DNA from: Terrimicrobiaceae bacterium
Lineage (GTDB): Bacteria; Verrucomicrobiota; Verrucomicrobiia; Chthoniobacterales; Terrimicrobiaceae
Assembly: GCA_041752695.1 (NCBI GenBank)
Contig: JBGSVZ010000038.1
Span: 160,001-224,000, forward strand
Length of the DNA: 64,000 nucleotides
Direction: 5' to 3'
This document shows, piece after piece, positions 10,652 to 19,461 of the stretch. The stretch's first letter is position 1, and each line of letters starts with the position of its first letter. The notes under the pieces were generated by a model that was not told the DNA's origin, did not search any database, and was given only the letters and a program-made list of their open reading frames with translations. The translations under genes and the position numbers were made by a program.

Positions 10652-10843
10652 TCAGGGGGATTCGTTGGGTAGCAGACGCGGGGCGGAGTGGCGTTGGGTG
10701 CGGATTTGTTTCAAAAGGACGCTGAGTTCGGCCACGCGCTCGGGGTACTCGGCGGCGAGGTCGTCATCTGCGGGTAGCTTGCCATTGTCCGGTTTCAGGA
10801 AGTCAGCGAAGGCAGAGTTAGTCACAAGCAGGGGGGCAGTCAC
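10652..10843 (-). pseudogene. C-terminal remnant of a sulfatase
   Basis: DLAAEYPERVAELSVLLKQIR aligns by eye to NLASLHPERVEAMSQLLTEIR at the C-terminus of the 21.7 kb sulfatase; no catalytic N-terminus. Confidence 0.6.
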
Positions 10844-10862
10844 AGTCTACGGAAGCGGGCTT

Positions 10863-12701
10863 TTACTCGCCGTAGATTTTCACAGTCTGGAGGTGGAGGG
10901 CGTCGGGATGTTCCAGGCGACGTTCGATCTTCACATAGCGTGCGTCCTTTCCGGGAATGTGTGCGCCAGCAACAAACCGGGACACCGGAATTTCCCAAGT
11001 GTCCGAGGTGTCGGCTGAAGTCCAAATTTCTTCCCACGTTTGACCGTCGCCTGAGAGTGAGACCACAACGTCGGTATTGCGCGCGGGATAACCCTCGCGG
11101 TTCTGAATAAGGATTCCGCGGATGGAACTTGCCTTGCCAAGGTCAATGACGGCATGGGGATTCTTTTCGAAATCCGTGTGAAAAGCGAACTGGTCTTTGG
11201 TCAGGCTCCCCTTGAACAATTCGGGGCGCCTGCTCTCGTTATCCCAATGGGAGACAGAGCTCAGTTTAAGCGTGGCTTGATCGGAAATCACGCTGCCATA
11301 TTCGGGGGCTTCGAAGAGGGATTTCCACTTCTTGGAAAAGATGATTTCCGTGACGGGCGTGTCCAGGGTTAGCTCAACGACGGTGCAAAGGGGGTCAATG
11401 CTTCCGGCAGGAACCGTGATTTCCAATTGGTCGCCGGTTTGTTGAAAGGGAATTTCCGGGCCACCGTGGATCGTGGCTTTTCGGACGCCGGGCTTCAGAC
11501 CCTCGAGGCGCAATGTGTTACCCTGGGGTATGCTCTTGATGTGCAAATAGACGGACGTGGCGCGACGGACGCTGCCGCCCCACTTGGCGGGTGTCCATGG
11601 ACCGCCCCGCGTGCCGGTGATGGCTTCCTGATTCTTTTTCACCCAAGCGCCAACGGTTTGGAGCGAGGCGATTTGGTGGGGGGCAAATGCCCCGCTCCAT
11701 TGCGGTCCCCAGCTCAGAAGCATGTTGCCATCACCGCAGAAGCTCGCGACCAGCATGTCCACAAGCTGCTTGGGTGATTTGGTTGGGGTGTCACTGTAAG
11801 ACCATGTCTCGCCCAGGCACATGCAGCTCTCCCAGGGGCGGTGGCTCTGAAACGTGCCGATCTTTTGTTCCGGCGTGTCGAAATCACCCGGCAGGCTGGC
11901 GCGGTTGTTGATCATTATGCCGGGTTGCATCTTGCGAATATTGCGGGTCAGGGCTTCAGCATCCCACATTTCGGGAATAAACATGTCGCCCCAAGTCAGG
12001 GCATCGAACCAGAAGATATCGACCTTTCCGTAGCTGGTGCAAAGTTCCCGGACGGCTTCATTCTGATATTTGACATAGCGCTGATGCGTCTCTCCCCGCC
12101 AATTGGTCGGCTCGTAGTCGGGGTGAATCCAGTCCCGTTGGGAGTAATAGATCCCAAACTTCATTCCGGCCTCGTGACAGGCATCGGCCACTTCCTTCAG
12201 AAAGTCGCGACCGAACGGTGTATTTGTGACCTTGAAGTCTGAAAGTTTGGTATCCCACATGTGGAAGCCATCATGGTGCTTGGCAATCACCACGATGTAT
12301 TTCATGCCGGCGTCCTTAGCATGTTCGACGAGTTGATTCGCATCGAAATCCGGCAGGGAAAAATCATCCTTCCATGCCATCCACTCCGACGCCGGGTAAG
12401 GTCCAGAACCTTTATCCGGGGCCTTGCGGACTTGGCAGACGCCCCAACTCAACTCGGCGTTTTTGTACGTCGAGAGCCCGAAGTGAACAAACATCCCGTA
12501 TTTGGCATCGCGGAACCATTGCAGTTCCTCGGGTGTTGCGAAGTTGCTTTTGTTCCAGGTTTTCTGAGAAAAGACTTCGAAGGCATGCGCCGGGATTCTT
12601 GGGCGGGTGTCATTCTCTAAAACAGACCACATGGCTTGGAGGGTGGGGTTAAGGGTGAGGCAAAGCGCCGTAGCGTAGGGGGAGAGTCGAGTGGCTTTCA
12701 T
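10863..12701 (-). CDS. alpha-L-fucosidase GH29 with C-terminal F5/8 (discoidin)-like domain
   Basis: WFRDAKYGMFVHFG, AKHHDGF, FWFD, WESC; C-terminal FAFHT..E..P..VIDLG. Confidence 0.9.
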   Translation of the reverse strand: MKATRLSPYATALCLTLNPTLQAMWSVLENDTRPRIPAHAFEVFSQKTWNKSNFATPEELQWFRDAKYGMFVHFGLSTYKNAELSWGVCQVRKAPDKGSGPYPASEWMAWKDDFSLPDFDANQLVEHAKDAGMKYIVVIAKHHDGFHMWDTKLSDFKVTNTPFGRDFLKEVADACHEAGMKFGIYYSQRDWIHPDYEPTNWRGETHQRYVKYQNEAVRELCTSYGKVDIFWFDALTWGDMFIPEMWDAEALTRNIRKMQPGIMINNRASLPGDFDTPEQKIGTFQSHRPWESCMCLGETWSYSDTPTKSPKQLVDMLVASFCGDGNMLLSWGPQWSGAFAPHQIASLQTVGAWVKKNQEAITGTRGGPWTPAKWGGSVRRATSVYLHIKSIPQGNTLRLEGLKPGVRKATIHGGPEIPFQQTGDQLEITVPAGSIDPLCTVVELTLDTPVTEIIFSKKWKSLFEAPEYGSVISDQATLKLSSVSHWDNESRRPELFKGSLTKDQFAFHTDFEKNPHAVIDLGKASSIRGILIQNREGYPARNTDVVVSLSGDGQTWEEIWTSADTSDTWEIPVSRFVAGAHIPGKDARYVKIERRLEHPDALHLQTVKIYGE

Positions 12702-14940
12702 GAAGCAATTTGTTTTGCAGTTCGCTCATGAAGGTCCACTTCACGTCCCCGTAGCTCCATCTTTTGCCTTTGTGGTCGGGAGTGACGTTGCCCTCCCACT
12801 TGCCGTTGGCGTTCCTGGCCACGGCCAGGGCGGTCCAGGAGCAGTCGCCTTTCTCGGAGTTGAAGGTCTCGCCGTCGTCGTCATAGAGCCTCATTTGGCC
12901 GGGCGCCTCGCCATAGTGACGAACTTCGAGGGCGACCGTCTCTCCGGCGGAGGGCGCCCTCAAGCGGGGTTCGATCATTGGGATAAGGGCACCGTCTTTG
13001 ACGAAGACCGGAATGGTGGCGAGCGAGGGCGTCACCTCGATGGTCTCATTGGCCCCCACCAAATTGCCGGTGTGAAAGTCATACCATTTGCCAGCGGGGA
13101 GAAGAACTTTGCGGGTCTTGACGCCGGGCGGGATGGGAGCGACGAGAAGGGAGTCGCCAAACATATATTGATCCTTTACCTCGCGGGCGGCGGGGGCGAC
13201 TTCGTAGGGGTTGGCCGTGGCGTCGAGTTTGCCAGCTTTGATCGTGGGGGTTTCGGCGGTGACGCCCGCGAAGAGTTGCATCGGGCGGATGGGCGGAGTG
13301 CCCTCGTAGCGATATTGGGCGAAGGTGTGGTAGAGATACGGCAGCAGGCGCCCGCGCAGCACGATGGCATCACGAATGTGATCCTTCACTTCCGCAAGGG
13401 ACCAGAGTTTCTGTTCCGAGGCCCAGCCGTTGTAAAGCGCGAGCGGGGAAAAGCAGACGGCCTGGGTGCGTCGGAGCATGTCCTCGCCATTTTTGCTGCC
13501 TCGCACTTCGGGCGACCACAGCACCCCGGCGAAACCGCTGTTCACCAGGGCGGTGATGTAGCCGCTGAACTCATAGTTGTCGTTGTAAATGACAAAGGGA
13601 TAGGGCGATGCTCCCGCATTGGTGCCGCGGATTTGTCCCATGGTGCGGCGGTTCGCCTGATGAAAGATATCGAAGACGGTCTTCTGCAGGAGGAGTCCGT
13701 AGGTCTCCCGGAGTTGCTCGCCGTCACGGCCCGACGGGAAGAGGGCGGCATCGGGCCAGAGGTATTTGTCAAAGCCGTCCACCTCATCGATTTTGAAGCC
13801 GCCAATTGCGGCGGGGTTGAGGTCAACCACGGTGCATTTGAGATGGTCGGCGAATATCTTTTGCGCCTCGGGCATGGTGTAGTCAGGCACAATTCCATTC
13901 CAGACCAGGTGCGTGCCAGCGTAGGGCAGCATCTTTTGGTAGAGGCGAGCGGAAGGCGGACCGATGTAGGGGTTGAACCAAAGGTTTGCGCGCACGCCTG
14001 CCGCGGCGAGTTGATCGAGGAACCCTTTCGGATCAGGGAAACGGGTCTTGTCCCACTCAAAGGAGCACGGGTAGGCGTGGTCCATCCAGCCGGGTTCAAG
14101 GCCGATCATATCGAGCGGGATGCCTTGTTTTTTAAACTCCGCAATGTCGGCCAGGACCTGTTCGGCGGTGTAGTTGGTGCGAACACGATTCATAAAACCA
14201 AGGCCCCATTTCGGGGGGAGGGCACCGCCGCCGGAGTAGAGGTTGTAGCGGCGCACGGCGTCGAGCGGGCTCGGGCCGGCGAAGACGTAAACGTCCATAC
14301 CCGGGGCGTTGGCTAGCACCTCGATGGAATCCGAACGGGGCTGAGCCTCCCACTGGGCGTTGACGAGTGAGGCACCTGGCGTGGAGGGCATGATTTTGTT
14401 GGTCGTGCGGTCAATGACGTCCGGCTTTTCTTTCGCGGCAAGGCGCACGCCGTGGCCGACGCTGACCTTGAGGTAGCGGGCGCTATCAAAGAGTACGGCA
14501 AAGCCCCTGGTTGAGACATAAAGAGGAACGGGGGCGTGCGTGCGGCCGGTGATACCGCGTAGACCGTCCCAGTGGTCCACATGGAGTTCAAACACCCCGC
14601 CGTTGCGGCGCATGGAGGAAAAGTCCACACCGAGTCCGTAGATGTCTTCGTCATTCCCGAGAGGAAATCGAACGGTGGTTCTGGAATGAAATGTGCGTCC
14701 GTCGATCTTCGCGGGATCGAGCGGAAAGGACGTTCTGGCCATCCGGTCCAGTGCCTCGCGGAAGGGCGTGCCACCCGCGGCGCTGAGCAGGGTGAATGAG
14801 TCGGCCTGACCGATGGTCGTCTTCCAAACGCCTGGAGCAACCTCAGCCCAGACAGGGGTGACTGGCTCGGGGATGGCCGCGTCCATTTTCACTGCGAACA
14901 AAGTGGCAAGCAGGGCGGCGACGATCGTGGGTCGTTTCAT
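12649..14940 (-). CDS. secreted GH31 alpha-glycosidase
   Basis: LPPKWGLG, FEWDKTRFPDP, GFKIDE, QYMFGDSLLVAP, LYDDDGET; signal peptide from ATG 14940. Confidence 0.88.
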   Translation of the reverse strand: MKRPTIVAALLATLFAVKMDAAIPEPVTPVWAEVAPGVWKTTIGQADSFTLLSAAGGTPFREALDRMARTSFPLDPAKIDGRTFHSRTTVRFPLGNDEDIYGLGVDFSSMRRNGGVFELHVDHWDGLRGITGRTHAPVPLYVSTRGFAVLFDSARYLKVSVGHGVRLAAKEKPDVIDRTTNKIMPSTPGASLVNAQWEAQPRSDSIEVLANAPGMDVYVFAGPSPLDAVRRYNLYSGGGALPPKWGLGFMNRVRTNYTAEQVLADIAEFKKQGIPLDMIGLEPGWMDHAYPCSFEWDKTRFPDPKGFLDQLAAAGVRANLWFNPYIGPPSARLYQKMLPYAGTHLVWNGIVPDYTMPEAQKIFADHLKCTVVDLNPAAIGGFKIDEVDGFDKYLWPDAALFPSGRDGEQLRETYGLLLQKTVFDIFHQANRRTMGQIRGTNAGASPYPFVIYNDNYEFSGYITALVNSGFAGVLWSPEVRGSKNGEDMLRRTQAVCFSPLALYNGWASEQKLWSLAEVKDHIRDAIVLRGRLLPYLYHTFAQYRYEGTPPIRPMQLFAGVTAETPTIKAGKLDATANPYEVAPAAREVKDQYMFGDSLLVAPIPPGVKTRKVLLPAGKWYDFHTGNLVGANETIEVTPSLATIPVFVKDGALIPMIEPRLRAPSAGETVALEVRHYGEAPGQMRLYDDDGETFNSEKGDCSWTALAVARNANGKWEGNVTPDHKGKRWSYGDVKWTFMSELQNKLLHESHSTLPLRYGALPHP

Positions 14941-14965
14941 ACAGCAGCCGTCCGATAAGAGAAAT

Positions 14966-16315
14966 CTAGGGCTGCGCCGCGTCGGAGGGGGTTGAGGAAG
15001 TTCGTGCAACTGGGTCTGGCACCTTGAACGGCACAACGGTGGCAGAGGCCCCTCCCTTCTTGTCGTGGGCATAAACCATTACCAAATATTCTCCCGGTGT
15101 TGCCGGGGCATGGATCACAACGTGTTCGGCGGAGGCCTGAGCCAGCGGACCAGCGACGGTGGTGGTCTTTTTGGCTTTGGCTTCAAGAATCCATGATACG
15201 AACTCGACGGGGTCCCCGTCCGCATCATCCGCGGCAAACTGCACGTTCATCGCCTCTCCAGGCTCGGCCAGTTTTGAACCAAAGCCTCCTTCAAACTGCA
15301 ACTTGGACAGTGCCGGTGCGCGGTTTCCCTTCATCGGCTGACCTGTGAAATGCTCAATCATCACATCGGCCTGTGGCGTTATCAGTTTGTGATGGAACGA
15401 CCTACGGTCCATCGGACCTTCGGGATTGGCATCAAGCAGCAGGCTAAAGTAGGTCGGCCGGTCGTCCACCGCGTAGTGGCCCCAGACAAAAATGGTCGAT
15501 CCCAAGCAGAGTGGCGACTCGTCGATCGCGACATAACAATCCTTCAGGTCGCTCACCTTTTTGGTGACGGGCTCATCCAACGGCACACCCCACTCCGTTT
15601 TACCAAAATTCCAAGGTCCGTTGGTATTGAACTCGGACATATAGAACGGCATGCCCCAGTGCGTTTCCGCATTCCTAATACCCCCCCGCACCGCGCCACG
15701 GCTGTAGCATTGCACCCCCAGTACGTCGATGTCCGGCGCAAATTTCTTGATCTTTTGGATATGCTCCGGCTTGGCATTGACCATCGTCAGGCTGGTTACG
15801 TGATGGGGAAAGCGCTTGTGGATTTCCTGCGACATCCGGTTGACCACACGCAGATAGGGCTCGTCGAGATGGACTTCGTTACCCAGCCCCCACATGAGGA
15901 TGGCCGGGTGGTCGCCGATTCCCTCGATCTTTTTGACAATTTTCGCCACCATTTGATCGCCTTTGGTTTCGTAGTCGAAACTCCAGATTCCGCCTTCCTT
16001 GCTCTTGTTCTCCCCGTGGTGGGGCATCCATTCGCTGACGATCATTTTCATGCCGAGCCGGTGAGCGTGATCGAGTTTTGCCCGCATGACTGGGGGCTCC
16101 TCGATGGTATACCCGCGCACGGTATTGACCCCAAGTTGAGACAGGCGATCCATATCGAGATCGCCGCACACGCCCTTGATCTGAAAGGTTTCAAACCGCT
16201 CGAGCCGCTTGCGCTCAATATCGGAGATTCCCTCGGGAAGGACAAACCCCATGGCGTGAGTCAAGCCCGTCAGAAGGAGCGTGATGAGCAGCGCGATTCT
16301 GGTTGGTGAGTTCAT
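14966..16315 (-). CDS. secreted clan GH-A (GH2-like TIM barrel) hydrolase, copy 1
   Basis: IKGV, HPAILMWGLGNEV (acid/base), MSEF (nucleophile); C-terminal Ig-like domain; paralog of the adjacent gene. Confidence 0.75.
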   Translation of the reverse strand: MNSPTRIALLITLLLTGLTHAMGFVLPEGISDIERKRLERFETFQIKGVCGDLDMDRLSQLGVNTVRGYTIEEPPVMRAKLDHAHRLGMKMIVSEWMPHHGENKSKEGGIWSFDYETKGDQMVAKIVKKIEGIGDHPAILMWGLGNEVHLDEPYLRVVNRMSQEIHKRFPHHVTSLTMVNAKPEHIQKIKKFAPDIDVLGVQCYSRGAVRGGIRNAETHWGMPFYMSEFNTNGPWNFGKTEWGVPLDEPVTKKVSDLKDCYVAIDESPLCLGSTIFVWGHYAVDDRPTYFSLLLDANPEGPMDRRSFHHKLITPQADVMIEHFTGQPMKGNRAPALSKLQFEGGFGSKLAEPGEAMNVQFAADDADGDPVEFVSWILEAKAKKTTTVAGPLAQASAEHVVIHAPATPGEYLVMVYAHDKKGGASATVVPFKVPDPVARTSSTPSDAAQP

Positions 16316-16337
16316 AAGATGCTCATGATGGGTCAAT

Positions 16338-17666
16338 TCAAGGGGTGACAGGCACTGTTGGGTGTCCTTCGGGAGTCACCTTGAATGCGACCGTGCTGGC
16401 GGAGGCCCCGCCATTCTTGTCCGTGGCATACACCATCAGCAGATATTCGCCCGGGGAGGTCGGGGCATTGATGACGGCGTGTTCGGGTGATGCCTGACGG
16501 AACGGTCCCGCCACGGTGGTGGTTCTGCGGGCTTTGGCATCAAGAATCCACGAAATGAACTCGACCGTGTCTCCATTCGCATCGTGCGCGGCAAACTTCA
16601 CTGGCATGGCCTCACCGGGTGTGGCCAATCGCGAGCTGGCACCTCCTTCGAACTCCAGCTTGGACAACACCGGGGCCCGATTGCCCTTGAGTGGCTGCCC
16701 GGTGAAATGCTCCGTCATCAGATCTGCCTGCGGAGTCTTCATTAAGTTTTTGAAATCATTGTCCTTGGAGCCGTTCGGATCGGGATCGAGTAAGAAACTG
16801 AAGTACGTCGGACGATAGGCGGTGGCATGTCCCCAGACGAAAACGGTTGATCCCAGGCAAAGAGACGACTCATCAATGGCGGCATAACAATCCTTCAAAT
16901 CGTTCAGCTTCCTGGTCACCGGTTCGTCCAGTTCAACGCCCCACTCCGTTTTGCCAAAGTTCCAAGGTCCGTTGGTATTAAACTCGGACAGATAGAATGG
17001 CTTGCCCCAATGCGTTTCGGCATTCTTAATTCCGCCCCGCACGGCCCCGCGGCTGTAGCATTGCACTCCCAGCACGTCGATGTCCGGTGCGAATTCCTTG
17101 ATCTTTTGGATATGTTCGGGCTTGGCATTAACCATCGTCAGACTGGTGATATGATGAGGGAAACGCTTGTGAATCTCCTGCGACATGCGGTTGACCACGC
17201 GCAGATAGGGTTCTTCAAGATGGACCTCATTCCCCAGTCCCCACATGAGGATGGCCGGGTGGTCGCCGATTCCTTCGATCTTTTCGATGAGCTTCTCCAC
17301 CATTTGATCGCCTTTGACATGGTAGTCAAAGTTCCAGACGACTCCTTCCTTGTTTTTGTTATCCCCATGGTGGGGCATCCATTCGCTGACAATCATTTTC
17401 ATGCCGAGGCGATTGGCGTGATCGAGCTTCTTGAGCATCTCCCTTGGTTCGTCGATGGTGTACCCACGCACGCTGTTGACGCCGAGTGTCGCCAGGCGGT
17501 CGAGGTCGCGGTCGCCGCACACACCCTTGATTTGAAATGTTTCGAAACGCTCGAACCGCTTGCGGTCGGTTTCGGACATACCCTCGGGCAGGACGAACGA
17601 CTGGCCAAAGGTCGAGGCGGTCAGCAGCAAGGTGAAAAGAAGGGTGAGTCGGGGGAACTGATTCAT
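16338..17666 (-). CDS. secreted clan GH-A (GH2-like TIM barrel) hydrolase, copy 2
   Basis: Same motifs as copy 1, with long identical stretches. Confidence 0.75.
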   Translation of the reverse strand: MNQFPRLTLLFTLLLTASTFGQSFVLPEGMSETDRKRFERFETFQIKGVCGDRDLDRLATLGVNSVRGYTIDEPREMLKKLDHANRLGMKMIVSEWMPHHGDNKNKEGVVWNFDYHVKGDQMVEKLIEKIEGIGDHPAILMWGLGNEVHLEEPYLRVVNRMSQEIHKRFPHHITSLTMVNAKPEHIQKIKEFAPDIDVLGVQCYSRGAVRGGIKNAETHWGKPFYLSEFNTNGPWNFGKTEWGVELDEPVTRKLNDLKDCYAAIDESSLCLGSTVFVWGHATAYRPTYFSFLLDPDPNGSKDNDFKNLMKTPQADLMTEHFTGQPLKGNRAPVLSKLEFEGGASSRLATPGEAMPVKFAAHDANGDTVEFISWILDAKARRTTTVAGPFRQASPEHAVINAPTSPGEYLLMVYATDKNGGASASTVAFKVTPEGHPTVPVTP

Positions 17667-17689
17667 AGGATGTTCAATGAGAGGATAAT

Positions 17690-17874
17690 GCTTGCCAGGA
17701 TGCGAATGATCTCAGCCGGACGGTTCATCGAGAAATCACGCTCGGCGATGCCCCGGTGGGAGTTGAAAGCCTCGCAACGTTCCCGAGCGAAGAAGAGAGG
17801 CCGAGATGCACGAACAGCCCAAAGACTAGGGACTCGAACCGTTGCAGGCGTGCCGGGATAACGGGAGCAGACAT
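17690..17874 (-). pseudogene. internally deleted GH29 alpha-L-fucosidase relic
   Basis: ATG 17874 gives MSAPVIPARLQRFESLVFGLFVHLGLSSSLG. A shifted frame continues ERCEAFNSHRGIAERDFSMNRPAEIIRILAS. Both segments resemble GH29. Confidence 0.65.
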
Positions 17875-17898
17875 GAGGAAAACGGGAAAGAATTCTGC

Positions 17899-19461
17899 TT
17901 AGGGGTTGGGAGAACCAGCGGCTTTGGTCATCTCAAAAGGAGCTGCCGGGAGGCGTTGCTTGTTAGCGAGGTTGGCACCGCGGGGATTCCTCGCCCACGC
18001 GTAGCGGACCGCTTGGGGGGAGGTCACCGAGGGGCTGCTCACCTCGACCGTATCCTTGCCCTTGAGTTCCGCCTCCGCCGCATGAAAAACCCCATCGGTG
18101 CCAGCCAGGGTGAACCCTTCCAAGGGGGCTCCATTGAATGGCCATAAGCCGCCTCCAATGGACGCAAAGCGAATTTTGACGGTATCCTCAAATGTGGCGT
18201 CGACCGGTTCTGGTCCGCCGCGCAGCGAAACCTTCTTATAAACGTCGGCCAGAGCCCAGCGGGCGAGGCGTTGTCCGACCGTTTCCTTGTCAAAGGGATG
18301 AATATCGTTCGCCTCTCCGACGTCAATCGCCACAGCCAGTCCGGCATGCGGGTCCTGGAGAACAAATTGCCGCTGGCTCTCGCGGAGCCGCGCCCAGGGG
18401 TCATCCGAGATTCCCTCCACCGGTTGGGTGTGGCTTGCCAATTGCACGACTCCGAAGGCGAGGGACGGATTGTTCCACCAGATCCGCCAATCGTTCACCA
18501 TGACAGCCAGGCGCTCGTCATATTTCTCGGGAACCCATTCGGTGTCGTTTTCTCCCTGATACCAAATCACACCGCGAATGGCGAAGGGAGCCACTGTCGC
18601 CAGCATGCCATTCGCCAGATTGCCGGGTCGCTGCGAACCGTCCGGATCAAAAGGCGGGGGCTTGGGGGCGTCGCGAAAAGTCCAGTGATCCACTTTGGCA
18701 TCCAGTGGCTTGCCTTTCGCCCGATTCCACTCCACGCATTTGGCCTGGTAGGCGGCGAATTTCTCCGGGAATTTCTTCATGCCGGCCTCCCACTCCGCCA
18801 CACGCTGGACCAGGAGCGGATGTTGATCCATGACCGTGTTGCGGGTCCAGGCAATCGCCGGAGTGGCCCCCCAAGAAGCGGCAATGAGTCCGACCGGAAC
18901 GCCGAGGGTCGATTGAAGAACGGAACCGAAGTGAAATCCTGCGGCGCTAAATGCTGAGATGGATTTCGGGTCCGACGTGGTCCACGTGGCATTGGCGGAA
19001 AACCGAGGTGTGGTGGAAGCCGTGCGATCCACCAGATAGAGTCTCAAGAGCGGCTTGCTTCCGCCGAGTGAGGTGAGGTCGGCGTTGAGGCTTTCGGCCA
19101 CCGTCAACTGCATATTCGACTGTCCGGAGCACAGCCAAACTTCGCCCACAAGCACATCATTAAAGACCACTTCCTTTTGCCCGCTGCGCACTTGCAGAGT
19201 CGAAGGCATGGCGTTGGCGGCCTCCGGTGCCAGGGTCGCCATCCATTTGCCCTCAGTGTCCACAACCGCATCGACCGACTGTTTTCCAAACGTGATCGTG
19301 ACCGTGGTTCCCGGCTCGGCGCGCCCCCAGACTGGCAGGGGCTGGCCCTGCTGGAATACCATGTGATCGGAAAAAATCGTCGGCAGTTCGAGAGCCCGCA
19401 GGCTGGCAATGGAAGTGATGAGGAGAAACGCCGCCAGGGTCCGGAGTCGGGAGGTGGTCAT
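17899..19461 (-). CDS. sialate O-acetylesterase-family (SASA) carbohydrate esterase
   Basis: GEVWLCSGQSNM, WYQGE, DIHP, VRYAW. Confidence 0.9.
   Translation of the reverse strand: MTTSRLRTLAAFLLITSIASLRALELPTIFSDHMVFQQGQPLPVWGRAEPGTTVTITFGKQSVDAVVDTEGKWMATLAPEAANAMPSTLQVRSGQKEVVFNDVLVGEVWLCSGQSNMQLTVAESLNADLTSLGGSKPLLRLYLVDRTASTTPRFSANATWTTSDPKSISAFSAAGFHFGSVLQSTLGVPVGLIAASWGATPAIAWTRNTVMDQHPLLVQRVAEWEAGMKKFPEKFAAYQAKCVEWNRAKGKPLDAKVDHWTFRDAPKPPPFDPDGSQRPGNLANGMLATVAPFAIRGVIWYQGENDTEWVPEKYDERLAVMVNDWRIWWNNPSLAFGVVQLASHTQPVEGISDDPWARLRESQRQFVLQDPHAGLAVAIDVGEANDIHPFDKETVGQRLARWALADVYKKVSLRGGPEPVDATFEDTVKIRFASIGGGLWPFNGAPLEGFTLAGTDGVFHAAEAELKGKDTVEVSSPSVTSPQAVRYAWARNPRGANLANKQRLPAAPFEMTKAAGSPNP

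Noticed and set aside
17826..17842. GGTTCGAGTCC T-loop-like motif on the minus strand
   Set aside because: No T-stem or cloverleaf; it falls inside the GH29 relic.
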